From Planctomycetota bacterium (GTDB taxonomy: Bacteria; Planctomycetota; PLA2; JAEUHO01): 64,000 bases of DNA. The DNA lies in contig CBDCTJ010000007.1 of assembly GCA_965222115.1 (NCBI GenBank), positions 736,001 to 800,000 on the forward strand, in the 5' to 3' direction. How positions within the stretch are numbered: the stretch's first letter is position 1; each line of letters opens with the position of its first letter. Position numbers and translations under genes: made by a program. The notes under the pieces were generated by a model. The model made no database searches, was not told the DNA's origin, and saw nothing but the letters and a program-made list of their open reading frames with translations. Below are positions 40,049 through 50,126 of this stretch, one piece after another.

Positions 40049-41380
40049 CTACCGAACCTTCAGGTCTACAAAGGCTGAATACGCCGCGGCGTCGCCCCGC
40101 CGCCATGCGGTTTCCAAGGCACGCTCGGCGTCGGGTTTTAGCGACTTGAGCGTCTTCGTTTTGTCATTTAACGTGACCTTGAGGGGCTTGTCGAAGTCGA
40201 GCATGGCCGAGTTCAAGTGGAGCGAAAGCGATGTGCATCCGGTGGCCTCAACGGTGATGTGTTGGTTCTTGATGGATGCGTGGATGCGACAGGGCGCCCC
40301 CCAAGGATTGAACTCTTTAGCGCGAATGCCTTCGACGCCCACCCAGTGACACCAGGGACGCTCGCCGCTGACGAAGTGATGTTCAACCGTCTCGGGCGAA
40401 GGGTTGCGCCGTTGCTTCATGACTTCCGGCCAGATCTCTTTGAAACGAACAAAGACGCCCTTCATGTGCGTGCCGCCCTGGGTTGGACGAAAGTCCACCG
40501 GTGCGCCCATGTTCTCTAGGCTTTCCGCCGCCTGCTTGGCCTGCGCGAACGGACAGGTGGGATCGTTCGTCCCGTGCAGAATAAAGGTCGGCGTTTGCTT
40601 GAGATTGATCAACAACTTGCGCACGTGCCATGCCACCGCGCCCACGGGTGCGATCGCCGCAAAACGATCGGGCGCGTGCTGGCCCAACCACCACGTCCAA
40701 AATCCCGTTTGCGAAATGCCCTGCACATAAATGCGATTGGAATCGACGGGGTATCGCAGGCACGCGTCGCGTACGCAGTCGAGCAGCAGCGTGGACAGCG
40801 TGTCCATCGTGGGTCCTTGGCTAGCTTTTCCGGATTTTCTCGGCGGCGTCGTGTAAGCCTTGTAACGACCCTCATCTTCCAGGCGGTCCAGTACGCGCGT
40901 TCGAATGTAGATCACGTCTTTCGTAGCGCCCGCAATTCGAAGCCAGTTTTCCATGCCCGAGGCGATCTTCTTGTTGTCGTTCTTGCGCCATGACGAATGG
41001 CCCACATCGAGCACCAATGGAACAAGCCCTTTAGATGGCCGTTTCTTTGGCATCCACACGGAGTAGGTCCACGACTCGCCGCCCGAGGTATACGACACGT
41101 CGTGTGTGAAACCACCTTTCCATCGATCGCCCGGCAACGCACGTGCGATGGTGGTCTCCAACGCTTCAGCGCTCAGGCCTTCGGCCGCCTGTTTGTGTTT
41201 CTTGTAGATCGTGGCGCGTTTCTTCTCATTGGGTTCGCGCAAGTACGCTGCGAACGCCTTTACAAGTGCCGGGGACGCCTGACTTGTGCCTTCGCTGTCC
41301 TTCGCGTAGAGCCGCGTTTGGATCGCGCAGAGGGCGACGAGCGCCAGTGAAACAGTCAATCGGTGGTGTCGGGGCATCAT
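40049..41380 (-). CDS. Secreted alpha/beta hydrolase (esterase/peptidase-like)
   Basis: Signal peptide, RIYVQGISQTG nucleophile elbow, PDRFAAIAP, HGTND and GGTH. Confidence 0.8.
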   Translation of the reverse strand: MMPRHHRLTVSLALVALCAIQTRLYAKDSEGTSQASPALVKAFAAYLREPNEKKRATIYKKHKQAAEGLSAEALETTIARALPGDRWKGGFTHDVSYTSGGESWTYSVWMPKKRPSKGLVPLVLDVGHSSWRKNDNKKIASGMENWLRIAGATKDVIYIRTRVLDRLEDEGRYKAYTTPPRKSGKASQGPTMDTLSTLLLDCVRDACLRYPVDSNRIYVQGISQTGFWTWWLGQHAPDRFAAIAPVGAVAWHVRKLLINLKQTPTFILHGTNDPTCPFAQAKQAAESLENMGAPVDFRPTQGGTHMKGVFVRFKEIWPEVMKQRRNPSPETVEHHFVSGERPWCHWVGVEGIRAKEFNPWGAPCRIHASIKNQHITVEATGCTSLSLHLNSAMLDFDKPLKVTLNDKTKTLKSLKPDAERALETAWRRGDAAAYSAFVDLKVR

Positions 41381-41435
41381 TCCTCCAGTTTAGACCGAGG
41401 CTTCTTGGACCTCTCCGCGTGCGCAACCGATCCCC

Positions 41436-42707
41436 ATGGATAGGTCTAACACCTCCGCGGAGACCGCGTCCAAACCCATGGTTCGCCATCTACCATTGCT
41501 CGTGTTGCTAGCGCTTGTGCCCTCGGGCTGTGTCAACTACGTCGGTCGGCGTGCGACGGTGGAACAAGCCGTGGCCACGATGCCCGGTACGTCACGCGGC
41601 GCACTTACGTTTGAGCAGGCGGTCGCAAGGCTCGTGCGTGATCATCCGGAATTGCATGTTCTCAGAGCCGAGGCTGCGGCCATCCATCGCACGCCGGGTC
41701 CCGGTTCACTTGAAACGCAGGCCATGGTGGCAGATGGCAATCTGACGGAGACCCTTGTTCGCACCGACATCCTGGCGCTGCTTGGGTTGGGTCCCATTCG
41801 TGGCAAGCGGGCGTTGGCACGTGCCCTCGTTCACGAACGCGTGATGAAGCATCACGAGCGCGCACGTGCGCTTGTCGGTGATTTGGCCACGGCCTACTTG
41901 ACACACCAGTTGTTGCGGACGCTGCCAACGCTTTCGATTGACAGCGATGTGAGTGCCTACAAAGAAGCGGGTTTGCTTCCCGAGGCCACCGCGAAGGCTG
42001 CCCGTGCCATTGCAGAAGAAGCCGCGGCAGAATCCACCGTACTTGAAAGCGAGCTGCGCGAGTTGCGACGGCAGATTGCCGAACTCGTGGGTGCTACGCC
42101 CGACTCCGAGATTACGCCTTCACTCGCAGAAGGTACAAGCGGCGGTGCGTGGCCACCTCTGCCGCAGCCATCGGAAGAACGGCTGGTGTATGGACGCGGC
42201 GACTTGCAGCGTTTGGTTGCGGCCTACCGAGTTGCCGATCGGCGTTTTCGGCTTGCGGTGCAAGAGCAAACGCCCACCGTGCGCCTCGGTGCAGGCGCGA
42301 ATGTCGACCTGAGCTTCCCCATGCAGATGTTGTCGGCGTCGGTGCCACTTGATGGCGCTGAGAAAGCATGTGCGATGGGGCGAGCACGCTTTGCGGCGTG
42401 GCGTAAACTACAGGCCGGCGTGCATGCAGCACGTCATGATGTCAAACAGGCGCGCATTGCACTTGATGCTGCGCGTGCACGTGTCACGGCCGCGCGAAAG
42501 CGAATGGATGCGGCGAAAGCCCTTGCAGAAGCCGAAGCTGGCCGTTTGGAGACCGACCCCGCGGCACTAACACCGTTGGTCCTTGTTTGGGGCCGCGAGA
42601 TTGCCGCGTGGCGTGCCTTGCGTCAGGCTACAAAGGAGTGGGCCATGGCACGCGCACGTGCGGCTGTTGCCTCCGGTTGGCCCTCCGCGGTGGGGGGCAC
42701 TGAGTAA
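41436..42707 (+). CDS. TolC-like outer membrane factor lipoprotein (start possibly 41478)
   Basis: Lipobox PSGC, helical OMF-like repeats; heads an MFP/ABC operon. Confidence 0.7.
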   Translation: MDRSNTSAETASKPMVRHLPLLVLLALVPSGCVNYVGRRATVEQAVATMPGTSRGALTFEQAVARLVRDHPELHVLRAEAAAIHRTPGPGSLETQAMVADGNLTETLVRTDILALLGLGPIRGKRALARALVHERVMKHHERARALVGDLATAYLTHQLLRTLPTLSIDSDVSAYKEAGLLPEATAKAARAIAEEAAAESTVLESELRELRRQIAELVGATPDSEITPSLAEGTSGGAWPPLPQPSEERLVYGRGDLQRLVAAYRVADRRFRLAVQEQTPTVRLGAGANVDLSFPMQMLSASVPLDGAEKACAMGRARFAAWRKLQAGVHAARHDVKQARIALDAARARVTAARKRMDAAKALAEAEAGRLETDPAALTPLVLVWGREIAAWRALRQATKEWAMARARAAVASGWPSAVGGTE

Positions 42708-42726
42708 TCCCGGTCGGGAGTCTTCG

Positions 42727-44313
42727 ATGAACGCCAAGTCAACCGAGTCATCGCATGTCGATCTCGGGGCGTTGCAACGAAGTGCATCTACGCCACCGGC
42801 GAAACGACGTCGTGGGATGTCGGGGCTCATGGTGTGGCTGCTTGTGCTCGGACTCTTGGGCGCGGCGTATGTCGTGTTGCGTCCATTGCTCTTTCCACCC
42901 AAGGATGTCCGTGTCACGCGCGCTGAACGCCTGGACGGTAACGAGGCGTCGCAGGTTTCTCGCGCGACCTATGTCGATGCGCCCGGGTGGATGGAGGCCG
43001 ATCCCTATCCTGTTTCCGTACGCCCGTTTGTGTCGGGCGTGGTGGAAACACTGCATGTACTCGAAGGCACAGCGGTAGAAGTCGGCAATACTGTGCTCGC
43101 CACGCTTCGCAATCCCGACATCGAGAATGCGGTAGACACAGCGAAGGCCCGTGTAGCAACCGCGCGCGAACGCGTGCAATCCGCCGCCGTCGATCTCAAG
43201 GTTGCGACATCGATTCTCGAACAGCGTCTCCCCTTGCGCGAGCGCTTGGCGTCCTTGGAGGGTGATCTCAAGGCCGCCGAAGCGGAGCTTGAGGCCGCGA
43301 AAGCCAAACAGCGCGAGAAGGAACGTGCCATTGAAACGGCCAAAGTGGATGTGCGCGCACAACGCACGCTCACCGCGCGCGGCAAGGGTGCACCGGTTGC
43401 ATTGGCACGCGCAGAGGCGGCCCTTCGAGAAGTTGAAGAGCACGCGCTTGAGATGGAACATCAAACCGAGCGTGCGCAAGCTGCCGCCCATCGCATTCGC
43501 GACCTCATGAAGCTTGCTCAAGAGGGCATCAACGATCCACGCGCGTTGCAAGGCGAAGTAAACAGTCGTCGAGCCGTCTTGGGACTGCGCCGTGCCGAGT
43601 TGCATCAGGCCGAAGTGGATCTTTCCGTAGCACAGAAGAATGCGAGTTATCTAAGCGTAAAGGCGCCCATGACTGGCGTGGTCCTTCGTTTGGAGTGTGC
43701 ACCGGGCGCCACCGTAGGTCCTATGGGTGAGTTCAAGGGAGAAGCGGAAGCCGGATCGTCGGGCGGTCTCAATCGTATGACGGGGTCGATTTGTAGTGTG
43801 TACGACGCCAATTCCATGCAAGCGCGTGTAGATGTGCCGCTGGCTGAGGTCGGTGCAATCGATGTGGGCACGAAAGCCAAGATTACCGTGCGCGCGGTTG
43901 CAGGTCGCACCTTCGATGGCATTGTTACACGACGCGTTCACGAGGCAGACATCAACAAGAATACGTTGCAGGTCAAAGTGCGCGTTGAGAAGCCCGACGG
44001 CCTCTTGCGCCCCGAGATGTTGTGTAGTGCTCGTTTCCTGATTCCGCCGTCTGCGCGCAAGGGAACAACGAAGCCTACGAAGCACGTCACCACAGACGGT
44101 GCCGTGTTTCGCATTCCCAAAGAGGCTGTGCGTGACGGTGCGGTGTACGTGTATGATCCGCGTCACGGCGGTCGTGCGCGCAAGGTCGGCATTGAACTCG
44201 TGCATGAACATGATGGCATGGCCCATGTGCGCGGTGCGCTCACGCGCTCCAGTCAGATTATTCTCGATGCGGTGGCCGACGGTGACGCCGTACGAACTGC
44301 AGGTGCCAATTGA
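42727..44313 (+). CDS. Efflux membrane fusion protein (HlyD/MacA-like)
   Basis: N-terminal TM, long coiled coil, VKAPMTGVV, NTLQVKV..LRPEM. Confidence 0.88.
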   Translation: MNAKSTESSHVDLGALQRSASTPPAKRRRGMSGLMVWLLVLGLLGAAYVVLRPLLFPPKDVRVTRAERLDGNEASQVSRATYVDAPGWMEADPYPVSVRPFVSGVVETLHVLEGTAVEVGNTVLATLRNPDIENAVDTAKARVATARERVQSAAVDLKVATSILEQRLPLRERLASLEGDLKAAEAELEAAKAKQREKERAIETAKVDVRAQRTLTARGKGAPVALARAEAALREVEEHALEMEHQTERAQAAAHRIRDLMKLAQEGINDPRALQGEVNSRRAVLGLRRAELHQAEVDLSVAQKNASYLSVKAPMTGVVLRLECAPGATVGPMGEFKGEAEAGSSGGLNRMTGSICSVYDANSMQARVDVPLAEVGAIDVGTKAKITVRAVAGRTFDGIVTRRVHEADINKNTLQVKVRVEKPDGLLRPEMLCSARFLIPPSARKGTTKPTKHVTTDGAVFRIPKEAVRDGAVYVYDPRHGGRARKVGIELVHEHDGMAHVRGALTRSSQIILDAVADGDAVRTAGAN

Positions 44314-45047
44314 CGACCGACCGCAAAAGAGCTACAGCCGAACCTTTGATTCGCATGCGCGGGATTACCAAAATCTATCCCGGTCGCGGTGGCGACGTGG
44401 TGCCGCTGCGTGAACTCGATCTCGACATTGAGCGCGGTGCCTTTGTCGCGCTCATGGGTCCCAGTGGCAGTGGTAAGACAACGCTGTTGCATATTTTGGC
44501 GGGCATTGACCGCACAACCCACGGCACGATTCAGGTGGGCGGCGCCGACATTACCCGCATGGGAGCGCGTGCGCTCGCCAAATGGCGCAATCAACACGTG
44601 GGGTTCATTTTTCAGCAGTACAACTTGGTGCCCGTGCTAAACGCGTGGGAAAACGTCGAGTTGCCGCTCCTGCTCATGCCGCTGGGCAAGCGGGAACGCG
44701 CCACGAAAGTGAACGTCGCGCTGGAAGCCGTTGGGCTTGCCGATCGCGCCGATCACTTGCCGCGTGAATTGAGCGGTGGTCAACAGCAGCGCGTGGCGAT
44801 TGCGCGCGCTATTGTGGGTGGCCCCGAACTGATCTTGGCCGATGAGCCCACCGGTAACCTCGATGAGACTTCCGCCGATGCGGTGTTGGCGCTCTTGTCC
44901 GAACTTCATGAGCGCTTTGGTCAAACGTTAATGATGGTGACCCACGATCCGCGTGCCGCCGCGGCAGCCGAGCGCGTGATTCGCCTGCGCCGAGGACAGA
45001 TTGAACACTCGACGGCGCCCAAGGTCGTGCGGGAAGAGCGCGCATGA
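44310..45047 (+). CDS. ABC transporter ATP-binding protein (LolD/MacB type)
   Basis: [30 protein letters not shown] and VTHD. Confidence 0.95.
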   Translation: MTTDRKRATAEPLIRMRGITKIYPGRGGDVVPLRELDLDIERGAFVALMGPSGSGKTTLLHILAGIDRTTHGTIQVGGADITRMGARALAKWRNQHVGFIFQQYNLVPVLNAWENVELPLLLMPLGKRERATKVNVALEAVGLADRADHLPRELSGGQQQRVAIARAIVGGPELILADEPTGNLDETSADAVLALLSELHERFGQTLMMVTHDPRAAAAAERVIRLRRGQIEHSTAPKVVREERA

Positions 45048-46183
45048 AATCCTTTTGGCGACTGATGACCTATGTGCGGCGCACGATTGTTCGCGCGCGG
45101 CTGCGCTCGCTTCTGACCGTATTGGGCGCGGCGTTGGCGCTGGGGCTGTTTGCATTCGTATTCATGCTTGAGCGGGGCGTCAATCGCATGCACGAACAGG
45201 CCGATCAACCGGTCCTGGTCGTGTTCCAGTCGAGCCGATTTTGCCCGCTCACCTCACTTTTGCCCATGCGCTACCTCGATGAAATCAAATCCGTAGACGG
45301 CGTGGACCACGTCTTACCCACGTTGATGTACATCAATTCGTGCCGCGCCAATCTCGATCTCGTAACGCTGCACGGAGTCGATGGCGACGTCCTTCCTCAA
45401 GTCCATGATCTTGATGTGTTCGATGGCGATCTTTCCGCGTGGCAGGCGCTAGACGACGGCGCCTTGGTGGGTCAACGCTTGGCCGAACGTCGCGGCCTCA
45501 AGGTGGGGGATCGCGTTCGGCTGACCAATGTTGATGTGAAGGTGGCCGGCATCTACAAGTCGCCAGGCGCGGGGCTCGACAACATTGCGTTCGTGCAACT
45601 GGATCAGCTTCAGCTTGCTCGCAAGCAACAGGGCATTGCCACCGAGTTCTTTGTGCGCGTGAAAGAGGGCACGGACCCACAACGCGTGGCCGAGATCATC
45701 GACACGAAGTTCGCCAAGGCTGAACAGCCGACCGACACCAAGACCATGCAGGCGTTTGTGCAGGGCGCGGTGGGCGAAGTGGCTGAAGTTGTGGACTTTG
45801 CACGCTTGCTTGGCTACGTCGCCGTGGCGATAGTGATTTTGCTTGTTGGTAATACGGTGTACATCAGCGCGCAAACGCGTCGCCGCGAACTAGGTGTGAT
45901 GGAGACGATTGGGGTTACGAAGCCCATGCTTGGCGGCCTCGTGGCTATGGAGAGCGTGTTCCTAAGTCTTCTCGGTGGAGTCATCGGCGTGGGTGTGGTC
46001 GCGCTCGTTGCCACGCTGTCGCCGATCACGTTGGGGATTGAGGGCTGGGGCATCGACATCAAGCCAGACACGGCACTGTTTGTCGTGGGTGGCGCGTTGG
46101 CACTTGCGGTGGGCGTGATTGCGGCGATTGGCCCCGCGCTCCTTGCCTGTACCCAGTCACTTGGCGCGGCCGTGAAGGCGTAG
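45044..46183 (+). CDS. ABC permease (MacB/FtsX family)
   Basis: RSLLTVLG, periplasmic domain, RRRELGVMETIG, three C-terminal TMs. Confidence 0.9.
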   Translation: MKSFWRLMTYVRRTIVRARLRSLLTVLGAALALGLFAFVFMLERGVNRMHEQADQPVLVVFQSSRFCPLTSLLPMRYLDEIKSVDGVDHVLPTLMYINSCRANLDLVTLHGVDGDVLPQVHDLDVFDGDLSAWQALDDGALVGQRLAERRGLKVGDRVRLTNVDVKVAGIYKSPGAGLDNIAFVQLDQLQLARKQQGIATEFFVRVKEGTDPQRVAEIIDTKFAKAEQPTDTKTMQAFVQGAVGEVAEVVDFARLLGYVAVAIVILLVGNTVYISAQTRRRELGVMETIGVTKPMLGGLVAMESVFLSLLGGVIGVGVVALVATLSPITLGIEGWGIDIKPDTALFVVGGALALAVGVIAAIGPALLACTQSLGAAVKA

Positions 46184-46202
46184 AACTCAAGGGTCATTTT
46201 TC

Positions 46203-47345
46203 TTGTTACCGCTTGCGTACACATTCCGAAATCTCTGGCGACGCCGCACGCGAACGGTGTTGACGTTGATTGGTATTGCGTTGATCACCGTACAAGTGAT
46301 TTTGGTTGCTGGTTTTGCGCGTGCATTGGCCAAGAGTGCATCGGCGACAGCATCGCCGAACGTGGGCATCTTGGTGGGCACCACTGGCGAACATGATTTG
46401 GTGCGCTCCGTTATCTCGCGGGGCAATGCAGAAGCTGTCGCGGCCGGTCTCCCAGGCGTTGCAACCGTAGGCGACCAGCGCGCCGTGAGTGTTGAGCTTC
46501 ATTCGGCGAGTCGTCGCGGCAATGCCGTGGCGTTGATGCGCGGTGTTACGCCGTCTGCGTATCTCGTCCATGAACGTCTTACGGTAGTTGACGGCCGTGA
46601 ACCCGATGCGCCCTATGAACTTTTGGCGGGCCGCTTGGCGGCCTCGCGCATGGGCGTAGACGACGCCGACATGTCCATCGGCAAACAGGTAGAGCTCGAA
46701 GGTCGCAAGTGGACAGTGGTGGGTCACTTTGCTGCGCCCGGTACTGTGCTTGAAGCGGAACTGTGGGTGCGTCTCGATGACCTTGTGCAGAGCGTGGGGC
46801 GCCAAGATGTTTCCTGCGTTGCCGCACGTTGGCCCGATGCGCGATCCATGAAACGTGGGCGCGTATGGACCGCGCGAAACGCAGTGAGCTATGAGGTGTC
46901 GTTCGTTGAAGAAACAGCGCTGTACGAGACCTTACAACAGCAGTTGGATCCCATCGTTGCGCTCAGTTGGCTGATGGCATTGCTTGTGTTAATCGCCGGC
47001 ATCTTTGCATGCACCAACACCATGTTTGCCGCAGTGCTCGCGCGCACGCGAGAGATGGGTGCGCTGCGCGCGATCGGTTTCCGGCCGTCATCGATCGGTA
47101 TAAGCCTCGTATTGGAATCGTTAATCTTGGGCCTCGTTGGCGGCCTGATCGGATTCTGGGTGGCGGGGTTCTTCCAAGAGATCCCCATGAAATTCCCCAT
47201 GGGCGCGTTTTCCATTGACCTGTCCCCGGGAATGCGTCTGTTTGGATTGGGAACGGCCCTTGTCGCCGGCTTGATTGGTGGTTTGATACCTGCGTGGCGC
47301 ACGATGCGCATGCCGCTGGTTGATGCCCTCGGAGGTCGACTGTAA
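46203..47345 (+). CDS. ABC permease (MacB/FtsX family)
   Basis: RNLWRRRTRTVLT and NTMFAAVLARTREMGALRAIGF. Confidence 0.9.
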   Translation: MLPLAYTFRNLWRRRTRTVLTLIGIALITVQVILVAGFARALAKSASATASPNVGILVGTTGEHDLVRSVISRGNAEAVAAGLPGVATVGDQRAVSVELHSASRRGNAVALMRGVTPSAYLVHERLTVVDGREPDAPYELLAGRLAASRMGVDDADMSIGKQVELEGRKWTVVGHFAAPGTVLEAELWVRLDDLVQSVGRQDVSCVAARWPDARSMKRGRVWTARNAVSYEVSFVEETALYETLQQQLDPIVALSWLMALLVLIAGIFACTNTMFAAVLARTREMGALRAIGFRPSSIGISLVLESLILGLVGGLIGFWVAGFFQEIPMKFPMGAFSIDLSPGMRLFGLGTALVAGLIGGLIPAWRTMRMPLVDALGGRL

Positions 47346-47905
47346 TGAGCTCTACTCGACGTGTGGTTTCGCTTGCGCTCAGTCTGGGTTGCTTGGTTCT
47401 TGTCGCATGTGGTGATTCGACCACAGCGAGCGAGGCAACGAAGCCTGGCGCCGCTACAACAACCGTTTCGTTCGAACGCGGTAGCGACATCAAGGATGCC
47501 GAATCCGTTATGGACATAACCGCCTTGAAAGAAGGCGACACGGTTGCGTTGCATGGCCGTGTAAAGCAAATCACCAAGGGATTCGCATCATTTGTCATGA
47601 TCGACGACGAGCTTGAATGGTGCGGGCGCGATCCCGGCGAAGACTGCGGATGTCCCACACCCTGGGACTACTGTTGCGCCGACCCCAAGGCCGTAAAGTT
47701 GGGTTCGATCGCCGTGGAGTACCACGACAACGCAGGCGAAATTGTGGAATCGAAGGATCTCGGCCTGCGCGTGCTCGATTGGGTGGCCGTCAAAGGCACG
47801 CTCGCCAAGAACGAAGCGGGCGGGCTCTACCTTGTCACGAAGGACGGTTGGCATCGACGTGAACGACCGACGATCGACGGCATCGATTGGACCAAGGCCA
47901 AGTAG
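47345..47905 (+). CDS. Cys-rich lipoprotein with probable OB-fold
   Basis: Lipobox LVAC; WCGRDPGEDCGCPTPWDYCC; TAATG coupling to the upstream permease. Confidence 0.75.
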   Translation: MSSTRRVVSLALSLGCLVLVACGDSTTASEATKPGAATTTVSFERGSDIKDAESVMDITALKEGDTVALHGRVKQITKGFASFVMIDDELEWCGRDPGEDCGCPTPWDYCCADPKAVKLGSIAVEYHDNAGEIVESKDLGLRVLDWVAVKGTLAKNEAGGLYLVTKDGWHRRERPTIDGIDWTKAK

Positions 47906-48084
47906 GCCACGCGCTTGCGTCCTTCAAGCCAATAACCAATCATATTACGAACGCCCGCTCGGGCCTTTCGATGCTCCCCCATCGCTCATTCGTTAGGGTG
48001 GATTTGGCCGCGGCGTCGTTGCCGCGGCTCTTCGTCATCCGTACAAACCGCGCTTGAACGAATCGGGCGCACAGGAGTGTAGTA

Positions 48085-48702
48085 ATGAAACATCGCTACG
48101 TTTTGCTGGCGCTGGTTGGCGCGCTTTCCATTGGTGTGTTTGCGGGCACAGGTCTCTCCGAAGAGAGTGCGCCAAGTCCGGAAGACATGATGAAAGAGCA
48201 CTTCAAGGTCCATACACCAGGACCGTTTCAGAAGTTGATCGCGGGCTTCGCGGGCACATGGGATACAGAGACGAGTATGTGGTGGGGCCCGGGTGAGCCG
48301 TCCAAGTCCACAGGTAAGTCGGTGAACACGATGACCTGCGGAGGGCGATTTTTAAAACAGGCCTATTCCGGATCCATGATGAACATGCCCCTCAAAGGCG
48401 AAGCGCTACTTGGCCACGACAACTATGGCAAGCGCTTCCAAATGACATGGCATGACCAAATGACGACGTCCATTAGCGTGTATGAGGGTCCATCAACGGC
48501 TGACGCGAAGGCGATAGTGGTTCGTGGAGTCATGAACTCGCCACAAGGCAAGATGACGGATCAGTGGACCTACACCTTTGAAGGCGCGGACAAAGTGGTT
48601 GCCGTTCGTCACATGGGTGCCGAAGGAGCGACCGGCGACAAGCTGAAGAAAAACATGCAAATCGTTTACACCCGCGCCAAGAAAGAGGGCGCCACGAAAT
48701 AG
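48085..48702 (+). CDS. DUF1579-family exported protein
   Basis: Signal peptide, TPGPFQKL..FAGTW, GGRFL, GHDN..KRFQMTW.D.M.T and MQIVYTR. Confidence 0.8.
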   Translation: MKHRYVLLALVGALSIGVFAGTGLSEESAPSPEDMMKEHFKVHTPGPFQKLIAGFAGTWDTETSMWWGPGEPSKSTGKSVNTMTCGGRFLKQAYSGSMMNMPLKGEALLGHDNYGKRFQMTWHDQMTTSISVYEGPSTADAKAIVVRGVMNSPQGKMTDQWTYTFEGADKVVAVRHMGAEGATGDKLKKNMQIVYTRAKKEGATK

Positions 48703-48728
48703 CATTCGTACCGTTTCGCTTCGACTTG

Positions 48729-48760
48729 CGCCGCGGCTGTTCAAATGGCCGCGGCGTTTT
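48729..48760 (+). terminator. Rho-independent terminator
   Basis: CGCCGCGGC-loop-GCCGCGGCG followed by TTTT, downstream of the DUF1579 stop. Confidence 0.65.
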
Positions 48761-48791
48761 CGTACCCTCTATTTGATGTCAGGTAGGTCGA

Positions 48792-49907
48792 ATGAAGTTC
48801 ACAGTAGGTGTTGTCGCCGTTGGTCTTGCGGCCATCACCACGTGCATGAGTGCCCCGCGTGCCGAATCGGGTCCAAAGGAAATAGCCACTATGGATCTAA
48901 CGGTCGAGCACGTAACCGCATTTGCGACGTTGGCGCTCAATGGCATTCATCGCGAGTATCCCAACAAGCCGTCCAACGTGATGATCGATGCTAAGTCCGT
49001 TCGATCGCCTCGCGAAATGCACCCCGCGTTCTACGGATGTTTTGACTGGCACTCCTCGGTGCACGGGCACTTTTTGCTTGTGCGTGTGTTGCGCATGTTT
49101 CCGAAGGCACCCATCGCCGAGACCATTGAGCGTGCGCTCGATACAAGCCTCACGAAGGCGAATCTAGAAGCCGAGGCAGCCTACTTTCGGGAGCCTCACA
49201 ATGCGTCCTTCGAACGCATGTACGGCTGGGCATGGGCGCTCAAGCTCGCACAAGAGCTACGCACGTGGAACGACGCGCGCGCGACGCGTTGGGCGGAGCA
49301 TCTGAAGCCGCTTGAGACGATCATCGTGTCGAGAACCATGGCGTTCTTGCCCAAGTTGCGCGGACCGATTCGATCGGGACTGCATATCGATTCGGCCTTT
49401 GGGTTGGCGTGGATCCTCGACTATGCCCGGGCCGTAGCCAACAAACCGCTGGAAGCACTCATCGTGAAGGCCGCCAAACGGCTCTACGAGAAGGACGTTC
49501 GCTATCCCGTGGCCTATGAACCCTCTGCCTTTGACTTTTTTTCGGCGGGGCTCAACGAGGCCGATCTCATGCGGCGCGTATTGGATGCGAAGGCATTCGC
49601 AACGTGGCTCGACGCGTTCCTGCCCGACATGCAGGGTAAAGGGCTGGGTCCCTTGGCAACACCCGCGGTGGTTGACCATCCCGAGGACGGCCACCTCGTA
49701 CACCAGGCGGGTCTCAACCTCGCGCGGGCGTGGACCATGAGGGGCATTGCGTCGGGACTCCCCAATGATGATGCCCGACGCGCGACGTTGCATACGTTGG
49801 CGACGAATCATATTCGCGAAGGACTCAAGTACGTAACCAGCGGGCATTACGAAGGCGAACACTGGCTCGCGACGTTCGCGTTGGTCGCCTTGACCAATGA
49901 GGGCTAG
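48792..49907 (+). CDS. DUF2891-family protein
   Basis: REYPNKP, HPAFYGCFDWHSSVHGH, FERMYGWAW and YEGEHWLATFA. Confidence 0.9.
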   Translation: MKFTVGVVAVGLAAITTCMSAPRAESGPKEIATMDLTVEHVTAFATLALNGIHREYPNKPSNVMIDAKSVRSPREMHPAFYGCFDWHSSVHGHFLLVRVLRMFPKAPIAETIERALDTSLTKANLEAEAAYFREPHNASFERMYGWAWALKLAQELRTWNDARATRWAEHLKPLETIIVSRTMAFLPKLRGPIRSGLHIDSAFGLAWILDYARAVANKPLEALIVKAAKRLYEKDVRYPVAYEPSAFDFFSAGLNEADLMRRVLDAKAFATWLDAFLPDMQGKGLGPLATPAVVDHPEDGHLVHQAGLNLARAWTMRGIASGLPNDDARRATLHTLATNHIREGLKYVTSGHYEGEHWLATFALVALTNEG

Positions 49908-49937
49908 CCCGGGTTATTCATGAAGGGGATTATATAC

Positions 49938-49966
49938 TTGACTCAAGGCCCTGTCCACCCTAGAAT
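49938..49966 (+). promoter_or_regulatory. Sigma70 promoter overlapping IRL, pointing inward
   Basis: TTGACT-17 nt-TAGAAT. Confidence 0.7.
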
Positions 49967-49980
49967 CAGCCATCATGAGC

Positions 49981-50115
49981 CTACTTCTTCTTGCTCTTGG
50001 GTTTCTCGGCCTCGATAGCGTCACGGACTTTCTTAGGGAAGACGCGACGGAAGGCTTGTTTGTCCGTGAGCAGGATGGCGGGTTTCCTACGTTTGGCCTT
50101 TTTCTTCTTAGGCAT
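49981..50115 (-). CDS. Small basic 44-aa peptide divergent from the transposase (not in ORF track)
   Basis: Manual translation MPKKKKAKRRKPAILLTDKQAFRRVFPKKVRDAIEAEKPKSKKK*. Confidence 0.45.
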   Translation of the reverse strand: MPKKKKAKRRKPAILLTDKQAFRRVFPKKVRDAIEAEKPKSKKK

Positions 50116-50126
50116 GGGGGTTCCTG

